Assembly: GCA_051294375.1 (NCBI GenBank)
Contig: CM119263.1
Location: 16,470,532-16,534,531, forward strand
DNA length: 64,000 bases
Reading direction: 5' to 3'
DNA from: Paraspadella gotoi
Taxonomy: Eukaryota; Animalia; Chaetognatha
Positions 53,153 to 64,000 of this stretch are shown one piece after another. The position numbers and the translations under genes were made by a program. The number at the start of each line of letters is the position of its first letter. Positions within the stretch are counted from its first letter, which is position 1. The notes beneath the pieces are model-generated. The model was not told the DNA's origin. It worked only from the letters and a program-made list of their open reading frames with translations, and searched no databases.

Positions 53153-56100
53153 CTTAACTTTTATCTTCAGAAAAAAAAGTTTTTATTTGTTATCAACAAC
53201 GAGAGAGAAATAAAAGGTTACGATCAAAGAATTGAATTTTTTTTTAAAAGAAGTTATTGATATAAGTTATTAACTAAAAATATTCCATATTCATATGATC
53301 CACATAAAAACTTTGATGAAAGTTCAAAAATAATAATAATAATTTTTAACAAAAAGTTTTTCTTTTTCATTAACCTTCTCTGTAGCTCCGGCAGCTGCGA
53401 TTCCTGCGCTGCTCCACCAGCGAGCGAATTGTGACTTCCGCGTAAAGATCCGGCACTGTTGGAGCGAAGGGAGGCCAGGGAGGAGCCGAGAGAACTGGAG
53501 CCGGATCCGCCGGACGAAAGAGAGAGCGTACTGGCCGAGAGACTGTGTCACGGGGGAAGAAAAAGTAATTTGTAAGGATTTCAGCTTAAGTTTCACTGAA
53601 TCACTGTGGTAAAAAAAGCTCTTTAATTTATAACGAGATTATCGCTAAGATTACGATTAAACCGTTACCTAAAGGTTTTCTTTCAGGAAAAAACCAACAG
53701 AAAATTGTTTTACAAAGTACGTATAAGTCACATAAAATTCGGTAATCTTTAAAAACAAAATTATACTGCCTTTAAACTTAAACTTAAGAGGAAATGAGAT
53801 TTTATCGCCTTTTTGGTCGGTGATGCGTGCGAATTTCTTCTTCTTATCGATATTTGATTTACATAAAATCTCCTTTATGAAACTTTAAAAGTCGATAATT
53901 GCATAAAATGGGGAGAAAAAATAGTTCGAGCAAAAACAATCACAAACATTAAAGAACCACCCTACTACCAGCATCATCACCACCAACCTTCTCAACTGCG
54001 TCTCCAAATAATTCATCTGCTTCGTTGAAGCGACAAGATTCTTGAGAATCGTCTTCTTCTCGGCCTGCAGTTTGGCGCGGTGGAGGATGGCCGTTTGGGT
54101 CTTTTGTTTCGCCGCCTCTAAATCAGTCGCCAACCGCGAGATGTCCTCCATGAGGGCAACCACAGTCGGATTCGAGCTTGTCGACGATCCTAGCGTTAAG
54201 TAATACGGCAAAATTAAAGAAATACAATACAATATTACAACCTACACATCTGGTCAAAAAAAGTTTGATAGTTATGATAAAAAGCTATTTGAAGTAAAAC
54301 AATACTTTTTAGGACTAAGTTAATTAATATATTATCGGACCACCATTTGCTTCCTGCACCACGTCTATGTAACGAGGGAAAGAGTCGTAAAAGTTGCGCA
54401 AATATGAAGGGTTCAGCAAGAGCCAAATACATTTTATATTTTTTAATTTCGTCGATTGTATTGTACTGCCAAATATCTTTTTTTATCCTTGACCAGATAT
54501 TTTTGATGATATTGTAGTCAGGCAAGTTTTCGGGCTAACCTTCGAGTACCTCAATTCGGTTTTTCTCATACCACTTTTGATTTTTTTTGGCTTTATGGCC
54601 AGAAACTTTATTCTCTATTAAACGACTTGTAAAATTGTTTTTTTCTTCTCTCTATTTTTTTTAACTGGTTTGCAAAAGCCTTAAGTCTTGAATTGCAAAA
54701 TTTTCCAGGTCATCGTCCTCGCTCTCCGTAGACATGCAAGGCTGCCTGCTTCTAACAGCTCATCCAAAATCTCCATTTGTTTTAAATTTGTTAATAACTT
54801 TGTAGATGAAAGATGTAGATAAAATTCAACTGTTTGGCGATTTTATATCTTGACAAATCCACCTTCAGAAGCTCAACAATTGTAGCTTTTTTGTGGGGGT
54901 TAGCTGTTTTGAAGTCTCCATATTACAAAAATATATAAAAATAATAAAAGAAAAATTGATAAAAAAATTTTTACGTAAAAAAAAATTATAAGATCTAATT
55001 TTAATCAAAAAATCAAATAAAAGAACAGTCAAGTGACATAGTAGGGGGTTCAAAGTTTAAACTTTTTTTGACTACATCTGTAAATAAGTGAAAAATACAT
55101 ACATACATACATACATACATACATACATACATACATACATACATACATACTCAACCATTTGCTTCATTAACCCCAATGCTAACCCTTGTCTGCCATCCTC
55201 GCGTGAAGCTCCTTCAACAAGGCCTCCTTCTCCAGGACGAGCTGAATTCTGTCCTTCTCTCCCTCCATCTGTCCGGGCGACATCTGCTCCTCGATCCGCG
55301 CCAAACGGATTTGAAGCTCTTGCACCTGTATGATGATTCAACATAAAAAAATTTTAAATTCTTTTTGAAAAATTAAGTGGTTCATATTTCATTTGAACCT
55401 GTGATCTGGTCTCGTCGTATTGGAAACGCATCCTGGCCATGTCCGCCAACTGAGCGCTCGAAGGAATGAACTCTCCGGCCAGATCTGTTTGGGAAGCGAT
55501 CGAGGGCTGCAGAAGGGAAAGTTAGAGATGGTGCAATTGCCATAACGATGCAAAGACAACCGAATGCGCTCACTTTTTGCGCCGCAGCAGCCGCCGCAGC
55601 CTCCGCAGCGTTGGCGGAAGCTTCGGCAGCCGCTTCCGCTAACAACGCTCCTTCCGCCGCTTCCCGCGAATCTTCGCCGCCTCCGTTAGCGTCTCCGCCA
55701 GCGCCGTCAACGCCGCCGCCGATTGAGTTGAGTCCGGAAGACATCGACCGGAGAAAAAATTCGTCCCTGGGGAAAATTGATTTTTTTTTGGGGGGGGGGG
55801 TTGAGTACGCCATTTTTGATTTATGGTTTTAGGTTGGCTGCCATCGAAAAACGAGATTCTTATTAAATTTTTTTTTTTACAGAAACAAAAACGGAACGAT
55901 ACCTTGCCTAGAACCTCGAATCATCCCGGCCACAATGCGCCTCCGCAATTCGCAACAAACGTTGACAAAGAAAAATTACGAAAACGGCTAATCCGTTTTA
56001 TGACGTTTTTATGGGGTAACAAGGAGTCGTATGAAAGGCCTTAACGGCAGCGGGCGACCGTGTTCGCTCCCGCGTTCCCTCTCTTCCACCCCGGCCACCC

Positions 56101-58172
56101 CCGGAGAACCGACGGGGCGATTGCCGACCGTGTCGGGAAACTGAGTTAACGATATGCGCGCGAATATGCAAATGAAAACGTTCGACCTCGCCACTCCGAC
56201 GGCGCATGGTTTTCCTCCAACTACCAGGCGTGAAGAAAGAATACATTTCGGCTCTCTCTCTATCTTTCTTTCGCTCTTTCGAGCTCTCGTTCTCTTTTCT
56301 TTTCATATCGCGGGAAAAAAGAACTGGGTTAACGCGAGTTCTGCGTGGCGCTGGAAGCAAAACCGACGCTGAAACGACGGGATGTCGTTTCGAGCGGCCA
56401 GAGCGGATTCCCCAGAAGGTTCCAGGTTCGCATCCGGGAACGCGCATGACAGAAAGGGAATTCTCTCATTGTCAAAATCACCGATTAAGGGTATCTTAAT
56501 CATTGAAATTCGTGGTCCGACAACAACAACGACAACAAAATCGACTACGACAGCAACCGGGGATCCGAACGGAGCTCAGGTGGCACTTAGGGAGTCTAAC
56601 GTTGGGTGCCGGGACAGGTGCCGAGACGGGTGCCGGGACGGATGGCGCTCGTGCGCCGACCTCGAATTCAATTTAGATGGAAGCAAAGAAATTAATGATT
56701 AAATCGCTTAATTAGACGATTGAGTCTGGTGAGTAATGGATCCATTTAAAACTAATCTCGTTGATAGAAAAATGAACAAACAAAAAAAAAAACAGGTTTT
56801 GAATTAAAAAAAGCTAACCATCGATATATTTTCTGCACAATGCACATTTTTGGATCAAGCGAATCTGCAAGAATATACTCCGAATACCAAACCATTTGTC
56901 CGCAATCCTTTTGCCTTGTCCTTGCGACATTGCAATCCCTCTTCCTCTTCTCTCAATTCCTCCCCTCCCCGACCGAAATCCACTCTTCCTCCCTCCCTTC
57001 CTCCCTCACCTCAACTGGGCCAAGCTCCAAATAAGCCTCTCCCTCTCCCTCTCTCCCGCTGTGAGGGACTCAGTGATGGATGTGAGTTCCTTCTTCACCG
57101 CCAGACTTCGCTCCACGGTCTCCGTCGGCGCTTGTCCGGCTTGGAGGCTCTGATTGATGTTCCTGGAGGAAATAGCAAAGCGGAAATGCGATCTGAGGAG
57201 AGGGGGGCATTTCTTTCGGTGGATAATATTTAATTGTTATTAAATCTATGGACGAGCCATTTGTTTTTATTTATAGTACGATTTTGTGATATGGTTTGTC
57301 TTCTTGTTTTTATTTTTTTATTGTTTTTTACGACTATACGACTATTAGAAAACTATTAGAAAACTATTTCCAGAAGACAACACTAATATCACTGTGATGC
57401 CTGGGGTGTGAGGCTTCTCCGGAGAGATGACGCTCAGGGGTTTGGACCTGCAGTGACCACTGGCGTGTTTATACCGACACCATCGTGACCGTGAGGGGAT
57501 TGAATCAGGAACTCACGGGTGGTGAATGAGTACTTAGCTGTCCAAGCCAATGGGGCGGGCTGAGTTTCACCAAGATATACGGGAGGCGAATTTAGGATTC
57601 ACCACAATACTTTATATAAGGAATATAATTAAATCTAATATATAGTGAAATTTATTAAATTTTTACATTTAAAATTTTAAAGTCTATTTCAGTAAAACAA
57701 GTAATCGGCCTTTCCCAATTTCATCTTAAGTTTTTTACCCTGACCCGCCTTACCGGAGCGCCTGCACTCCTCTCTCTTTGGAGTCCATCTCGTGGTTGAT
57801 CTCCATCAACTCCGTCTTCAATCGATCGTGGCGCTGTTTGGCAGCGACGATCTCCGAACGCAGCGCCGAAACGTCAAAGTTGGTTCTCGGCGGCGCGGTG
57901 TGGGCGTGGCAGGAGATCTGGGCGGAGGGATGCGTTGAAGCGTCTTCGGAGAATGGAAATAGAGGGTCGGACGAATGGACGGACGAGGGAGTTGGAAACG
58001 AAAAGTCGGAGCCCTGGTATTCGGTCGGTATTCTCATGGTTCGTCTCTCGTCATCAGTTGCAACGTCATGCGGTGATCTCTGTATCATTGAGACGATAAA
58101 TTGTTTCAAAAATTATAAAGTTAAAAAGAATAAAAATAAAAAGAAAGAAAGAAAGAAAGAAAGAAAGAAAAA

Positions 58173-58248
<76 letters not shown>

Positions 58249-58666
58249 AAAAAAAAGAAAGAAATGAACACCGATCGATCGACCTGACTATAATGACATA
58301 GAGCATCTTGCGCCCTCTTGAGTTCCTCTTCCGCGAGAGCGAGTCGCTGTTGTTTGAGGTTCCTGATTTGCTTTTTGGCTTCTAAATCTTCTTGCGCCGT
58401 CCGCAAGTATCCCCTGAGCATCGATTCCTGCTGCTGACGCCACAAAAGGCGGGGATCGTCTACTTGCGTCGATTCTAAAACGTGAATATAAAAACCAAAA
58501 AAATATGAATAAAAGAAAATCGGTAATTATTTTAAAAATTCTAACAAAAAACTAACGAGTTTTATGATCGACAAAGTAGGTCCCCACTTTTGGATCAAAA
58601 CATTCTTCCCAGCCGACGGGCAATTCATTTCCAGTGCAATCAGAAAACGTGTTTGGTTTCGTTTGT
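43127..58666 (-). CDS. KIBRA: KIBRA/WWC-family Hippo pathway scaffold (WW, coiled coils, C2, aPKC-binding region, PDZ-binding end); 5' exon (WW1) not found in window
   Basis: Hand-traced minus-strand exons with AG/GT boundaries: 58557-58666, 58284-58474, 57754-58079, 57010-57162, 55574-55766, 55399-55506, 55184-55325, 53988-54189, 53375-53542, 52941-53005, 51901-52136, 51395-51752, 50959-51287, 50569-50747, 50291-50435, 49630-49920, 48879-49247 (1-nt frameshift near 49214), 47707-48081, 47057-47214, 46416-46613, 46122-46281, 45657-45844, 45099-45263, 44600-44747, 44300-44389, 44067-44172, 43807-43988, 43127-43716. Phases are consistent once the frameshift is corrected. Recalled KIBRA motifs occur in collinear order: TKPNTFSDC..ELPVGWEE, DDPRLLWRQQQESML, ASQTD, SSDESTINSSQTSTLTRNQ, VDVGTNTE, RSKTF, CKLNRSDSD, RTPLDLEVDL, FRKKMDFLT. 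Confidence 0.95.
44067..44747 (-). CDS. KIBRA: KIBRA C-terminal helical exons (44600-44747, 44300-44389, 44067-44172)
   Basis: RTPLDLEVDLLTCQERLQRLHHEIQSLKEIKRRVEDCKARG|ETSLPSWFDERF...|EDERVEKMLR...AFR matches RTSLDLELDL...EISVLKELK..HGEKELPQWL...DKMMR...SFR. Confidence 0.92.
44910..45093. repeat. 70-bp direct duplication (44910-44979, 45024-45093) around a (GAATAT)n tract in a KIBRA intron
   Basis: Two apparently identical copies of gaatgtctatgaataattgaaaggaggc...gactactcgatga. Confidence 0.9.
45657..45844 (-). CDS. KIBRA: KIBRA exon with the aPKC/PKMzeta-binding region
   Basis: VRRSKTF...HLCKLNRSDSDGAVAIYRRNQFHRNAVERKSIR vs human IIRSKTF...[32 protein letters not shown]. Confidence 0.93.
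48879..50747 (-). CDS. KIBRA: KIBRA C2-domain exons (50569-50747, 50291-50435, 49630-49920, 48879-49247)
   Basis: AEIQISLQFDFAILTVAFHRCRHL...RVSARGRL...FATR...FEAETFEF...RCRLDLAL...GVL|GVCEIFLSELD(fs)LRSKELFSWFRL follows the C2 strand order of KIBRA (RIQIALKY...LGGAQISL...WYNLL). Confidence 0.8.
53988..54189 (-). CDS. KIBRA: KIBRA coiled-coil exon
   Basis: LATDLEAAKQKTQTAILHRAKLQAEKKTILKNLVASTKQMNYLETQLR resembles [48 protein letters not shown]. Confidence 0.9.
54245..55080 (-). mobile_element. Internally deleted, degenerate Tc1 transposon in a KIBRA intron
   Basis: TA-flanked TIRs (ta|cacatctggtcaaaaaaagttt ... aaactttttttgactacatctg|ta). Minus-strand relics: HKAK..W..IEVL..P.N.PDYNIIKNIWSRIKK, ..FYDSFPRYIDVVQEANGGP.Y, and N-terminal IYKVINKFKTNG..RS.QP..ST..ED. 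These match Tc1 transposase patterns but contain stops and frameshifts. Confidence 0.85.
55184..55506 (-). CDS. KIBRA: Two KIBRA coiled-coil exons (55399-55506 and 55184-55325)
   Basis: PSIASQTDLAGEF..QLADMARMRFQYDETRSQ and VQELQIRLARIEEQMSPGQMEGEKDRIQLVLEKEALLKEL match the KIBRA SQTD...LAEKVRLRLRYEE...ERDRLILINEKEELLKE region. Confidence 0.9.
57385..57556 (-). mobile_element. Possible tRNA-derived SINE in a KIBRA intron
   Basis: Minus strand begins gccccattggcttggacagctaag (A-box like)...gattcaatcccc (B-box like) at tRNA-like spacing, followed by a GC-richer body in AT-rich flanks. Only one copy in the window. Confidence 0.4.
57754..58079 (-). CDS. KIBRA: KIBRA coiled-coil exon
   Basis: FDVSALRSEIVAAKQRHDRLKTELMEINHEMDSKERGVQALR resembles human [37 protein letters not shown]; donor cg|gtaagg. 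Confidence 0.9.
58284..58474 (-). CDS. KIBRA: KIBRA exon: end of WW2 and first coiled coil
   Basis: STQVDDPRLLWRQQQESMLRGYLRTAQEDLEAKKQIRNLKQQRLALAEEEL resembles human [51 protein letters not shown]. Confidence 0.95.
58557..58666 (-). CDS. KIBRA: KIBRA exon encoding the second WW domain
   Basis: ttttcag|...|gttagt; translates QTKPNTFSDCTGNELPVGWEECFDPKVGTYFVDHKT, matching recalled human [36 protein letters not shown]. Confidence 0.95.
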
Positions 58667-59948
58667 CTGAAAAAGAAAATAAAAAATACTTTTAAAGATT
58701 AATACTAAAAATGAAAAGCAAATAGCTAATCGGAGAACTTAAAAGGTTATTTCGTAATCAATAAGAAAAAGTCATACATTGAAATTGATACATAAATGGC
58801 TCTTTTCCTTCTCCATAAAACTAAAAACTTAAAAGTTAACTTTGGGCGCAGGTTGGTCTTTTGTTTTTTGATAAAAATGATTTTCATTCAGCTCTCCCAC
58901 CTATAGGGACATTATGTAACTAACATAAAACAATTGCACACTCTATTTTATTACTTATTAAATTTTAAAAATTTATTAAACTAAAGAGAAAAAATCCTTG
59001 CATTATACATAGTTCAGAAACAAAATTAACTGATAAAATTCTTGTTAAAAAGACTAAAATGTTTATGATGCTCTGAAATTAACGGTTTTATAGCTAAATT
59101 ACACTAAAATATTTTACCAATTTATTAGATTGTCAAAAAAATTAAATTAAGTTTAATTTTTCGTAGAAACAAATTATTTCGCTAAGTAAATTTTATTATT
59201 TTTGATTGAGTTATTATTTATAAAATATTTATTAAGAGAAAAAAGGGTAGGAAAAACGGACCACCAACATATTTCGGGACAGAAGGACTCTTGCCTCCTT
59301 AGCACCCTCTGCAGTAGAAGCAGCAGCAACAGCTGCAGCATCAACCATAACAGCAGACACGGAGGTTGGACCCCAAAAGAAACCGGTGTTGACAGAGGAT
59401 GCGAAATACCGGCGGACGGTGAGGGAAGAAGGAAACAAATTTGTAATGTTTTCTGAGAAAGTTTGTTTATTATATAGCTTTAATTATACAAATGAAGATA
59501 GTTTTTATTTCAATTTTAGTTGCAATTATATTTACTCATTCAATAATATGAATAAAAGATTCTGCTTCTAATTTTTGGTCTCTTCCAACTTTTAATTATT
59601 TCCTCTTCATTGTTGGATTGTAATTATTTTTTTTCACTCCAATTGAATTTTTTTAAAACTCGATAAGTCCTTTAAGTACTAGTATATATACTTCCAATTA
59701 ACCGAAATATTTAAGAGTGGAAAGGATTGATATTCAAAAGAAATCAACCAGCGTCGTCTGAATTATTTGTAATTGTATGGCACAAGTTGGCGGCGAGTGA
59801 ATGAAAAGTGTGACCCACTGAAAGGACGGGAGAAAGGATCAAAAGAAAAAAGGAAGAATGGAAAAAAAAGGGAGAATATAGACAGAGAGGAAGAGGAATT
59901 GTCGGTTTTCGAGGGGATGGACTGGTAGTTATTATTTGGGTTTAGCGA

Positions 59949-60039
<91 letters not shown>

Positions 60040-60394
60040 GAATCGAGAGTCTCTTATTTTGATTATAAAATTCAAATGAATCGAATGTTACTAAGTTTAA
60101 ATTAGAATCAATGCCACACTTACAATTGAACATATTCGTCTTCCAAAGTTTTACAATGGATACCCGAAGCCTTTTTGATGGCATGAGAGAAAATGGGATG
60201 TTCCCTTGTCACACAAAAAGTGTTTTAGAGAAAGGTTTCCAGTTCTGATCAAAAGTCGCCAGATCGATTAAAATGACATGAATTTGGAAATAATCGAGTC
60301 TTATTATACAGTCCATTTTCCTTGTTTAAGGCAGAGAACATTTTGGGCGGCGGGAGACCTTTGTCTCCCACCAGCTGTGAGAGTGAGTGAGCGC

Positions 60395-60467
<73 letters not shown>

Positions 60468-60645
60468 CCAAGAAAACAAAGTGACGTTCCTGGGCCACCA
60501 AATTTTATTGACTATAAAACTAAGAACAAATCATAACGAAGGGATACTAAATCAATGCATCGCCAGATACGACGTTTAAGGACTGCGAATTAACTATCTG
60601 TTGTTAAAATAACCTCTTGTGTTTACAGGGGAAGAGAGAGAGAGA

Positions 60646-60702
<57 letters not shown>

Positions 60703-62033
60703 TGTGAAACTGAATAGACCTAAAATACATCAGTTCAAATCACAAATTAAATTTATCTTACAAAAATCAAGGATGTTATCATAAGAGAGTCAAAATAAGC
60801 CGGCGCAATTTTGATGCCCGAGTCAAAAGTTAAAAGACGAATTTTTTTCTTCTTTCGTGAACCAAAACAAAAGCTAAATATCAAATTTTTAGAATTCGGG
60901 GGTTCAAATGTGGCGAAGTTAAAAGTTCAAATGCAAACAAAATGTTGATTGGTGTTGTGCGTTGCGTGTTATAAAACATGAAGGTTTAATGATGCACTCC
61001 TAGTGCAGATCGTCTGGGCGTACGAAGCGGAATCTTGTAAACTAAAGAAATACACGGAGAGATACGAGTCTGTCGAAAGCCAGAAGGCAAGCATTCATAT
61101 TGGTTTAGTAGGCTTACCAATTTCATTGCTTAGATACTTATAAATGTTTATCACGTTGAAAGTAGTAATAAGAAACGGTGTGATAATCATTCTTCAAGAA
61201 TTCAGCCGATTTGTCTTAAAATGGAAAAACATTTAGGGAGTCCGAACAGTCGTATTCGTCGTCGTCGTCGTCGTCGTCGTGATCGTCGAGGAAACGCCGG
61301 CATTTATTCTCGTCGAAAAATCAATCGCATTCGGAAATTTTGGTAAATATTTCTCAAATTTTTTACTAATTATACGAAAAGAAATAAGCCTTCTATATGT
61401 ATAATTTAAGTTAAATGCTAAAATTTAACAAAAAACAAAAAAACCTCAGCAACGCATATCGCATAGCTCATACTATTTGTGGTCCTGCGTTACCAAGACA
61501 ACCGCACGGAGGAAAAAGAGTCAATAAGAGGACACCATTAAAAAGCCATTGTTACGATTCTTACTCCTCTCTTCCTTTCATCTCTTTCGACCCTCGCTCT
61601 CCCGCTAACTCTCTTTTATGTCTTCCCTTCTCTCCTCTTCCTTCGTCCATCCCTCTCCCCTTCCTCCCTCTCTCCCTCTCCTCTTCCTCCCTCCCTTCTT
61701 CCTCGACCGAAACTAAAGAAAAAAAAGGAGAAACTTTAATCGATGTAAAATCGACGGTTTTCTTTGAAAGCGTCCCTCTCTCTCTTTTTTACTGGGTGTT
61801 TACTCTATAGATTTTTGTGACTATAAAAAAAAAAGAAGAAAAAAAAACGCAATAAAAGCTTTCTCCAAAAAAAAAAAAAAAAAGAAAAAAGAAAAAGGGA
61901 CGAAAAATCCTTGAAAACGACGTAAAGAAAACCGTTTTAATGTGAACGAGTGAGACTTGCGCCCTTTTCAAGTTTAGGTGAACGGTTTATCGCGCTATTT
62001 TTCTTCAACCACATTCTTATTCATTCATTTTAT

Positions 62034-62073
<40 letters not shown>

Positions 62074-62076
62074 TCT

Positions 62077-62123
<47 letters not shown>

Positions 62124-63006
62124 AGTCCGTCGGACCGACGCCAGTCTCTTCAAGGGAAGCGTCTGAGACCCGAAGGTGTTTATCATCTCGAAGGTGGCGG
62201 GAAAATTTCTTTTCGGTTCCCCCCCATCTCACCCACCTACCCACTCATCTCTGCCCCCTCTTTCGCCGATTTGCGCCCCTTCACTTCAAGTGGCTTCGAT
62301 TCTCCAAACCCTTACCTTTCCGTTCACTTCCCCTTCGATCTTTTCGCCATCCGCAAAACCGATTCGAAGAGGTGAGGCAAGGTCTCTCTAGTGACCATAA
62401 TTCCGAAACGATAATTTCTCGTGATATCCTCTCACTTTACGCTCCCCTTCACTCCTTTCAACCTCACGCCCCCATTTTTTTCCTCTTCTCATCACCGGCG
62501 ATTTCTCGCTCCGTTCCCATCGTTAGTTACACTCCGTAATTTTTCTTCTCCCACTTTTAAGTCAAAAACACATTTTCTCTCCTTTTTTTGTGTGTGTTGA
62601 AAAAAAAAACTTATAAAGAAAGAGGAGGAAGAGGAGGAGGAGGAGGAGGAGGAGGAGGAATTGGAAATGCGGTGGGAGGAGAGGAGGGGGAAAAAAGGTG
62701 GTTAGGAGATTCGAGGAAAACTATGAACTATTATTGAAAAATCTCATTTAGTAATCTCATTTATGTAATATCTACATGTATTTTTTTTATTTCTTTCTCT
62801 CTCTCTTTTTTTCTTTTCTTATTTTTCTTCCTTTCTTTTTCCGTCATACTTTTCCCGCCGAAAGGAATTTCGCTTTACCCAAATTTCAAGGACGTCTCTT
62901 CGCAACTTTTCTTCGTAAAAGTCAGAGAAAATAGATCATTAACTAGCGAACTCGTTCAGTCAATCGGGGAAGGGAGATGCTCACTGGGGAGGTGGAATGA
63001 AGCGGC

Positions 63007-63066
<60 letters not shown>

Positions 63067-63966
63067 TCTTAAAGAAAAACATGTCTTTTTATTTTTTATT
63101 CTCTTCGATCGCGATCGATTTTGATCGGCGGAGATTAACACAACTTTTTTCCCCGTTTCCGAAATCCGAAATCCCAGAGCAGAAGTAAAGATCGGAAATC
63201 AGAAAAGTTGGAACGACGTTTCCGATTTTAGAAACTCGTTGTCTCCCAAATTCGCGATTCGAATAATAGATTCGGGAGCGCGGAGGAGTTGTCGTCTCTC
63301 GCCCGCCACTGTTGGGTCGGAAACGCGAGCCGTTGTTCGCTTGGACTCTGAAACTGTCAATTTGTGATAATTGATTAATCTTTTTTTAGGGCAATCAAAA
63401 AAAAAAGATATAACCGGAAATTGCGCAACTACCAACAGCTTTCTGTGGCATTCCGTTTTATACATTGTACGAATTACTCGCAGACGATTTTCCGTACCAA
63501 CCTCCCACGGATATGAAGGCTAAATACAGTTAAGGTTTTCCTCGGCGAATGCTTAACATTCTCAATGATATTCTCATTGGCAGAGGGGGGGGGGTGAAAC
63601 GTGGTGGACCTTGTTTGGGTGGAAAGATCCGAAGGGTGGAAGAACTCTCTCTCTCAAATAGAGAACAAATGTTGATTATTTTGGGGGTTGGCGCACTTAA
63701 AAATAACAAATGTTGGCGGGGCTGATCTTTTGGGGGGGTTATGGACGTCTCGGGTTGACGGTTTTGGGGTTGATCAAAAATAGGTTGGATGGGAAAAGCA
63801 GGAGTGACAATGATAATTTCAGAAACGAAAACAAATTGATTCCGGAGAATTTATAATTGGATATTGAACACGAACAGGTGAAGCAATTTCCTATTGTCAT
63901 ATACTCAAAAGTGGCATTTGCATGAAACCCTCAATTACTGTATAAAAGAGAGAGGATGCTAGGGTG

Positions 63967-64000
<34 letters not shown>

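Noticed and set aside
62990-63455. TEAD/Scalloped-like GGAATG/CATTCC sites in the KIBRA first intron
   Set aside because: Two isolated 6-mers are at about chance frequency.

Overview
AT-rich metazoan (probably bilaterian invertebrate) genomic DNA, dense in (GA)n/(CT)n microsatellites, from an indel-prone assembly with five N gaps. The best-supported feature is a minus-strand KIBRA/WWC (Hippo pathway) gene. I traced it by hand through 28 GT-AG exons from 58666 to the stop at 43127, all phase-consistent once a single 1-nt frameshift is corrected; the first WW exon was not found in the window. The predicted protein is unusually long (about 1975 aa in-window), with three PPxY motifs, no recognisable DSGVFE degron, a poly-Gly insert in the C2 domain and a roughly 250-aa C-terminal extension ending in STDL. 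A frameshift-laden ankyrin-repeat/SOCS-box (ASB-type) gene lies at about 2.8-4.3 kb. A 5.4-kb inverted duplication (15357-26315) is centred on an N gap and is most likely an assembly artefact. Also present: two Tc1/mariner derivatives, Helentron/HINE-like hairpin repeats (one copy carries an ATG and a GT donor next to a promoter-like motif cluster), a tRNA-derived SINE-like element, a 3' tRNA-Leu fragment ending in CCA, and several unidentified exon-like islands. No prokaryotic-type system (CRISPR etc.) is present, and I cannot claim a clearly new biological system. The findings below are leads.
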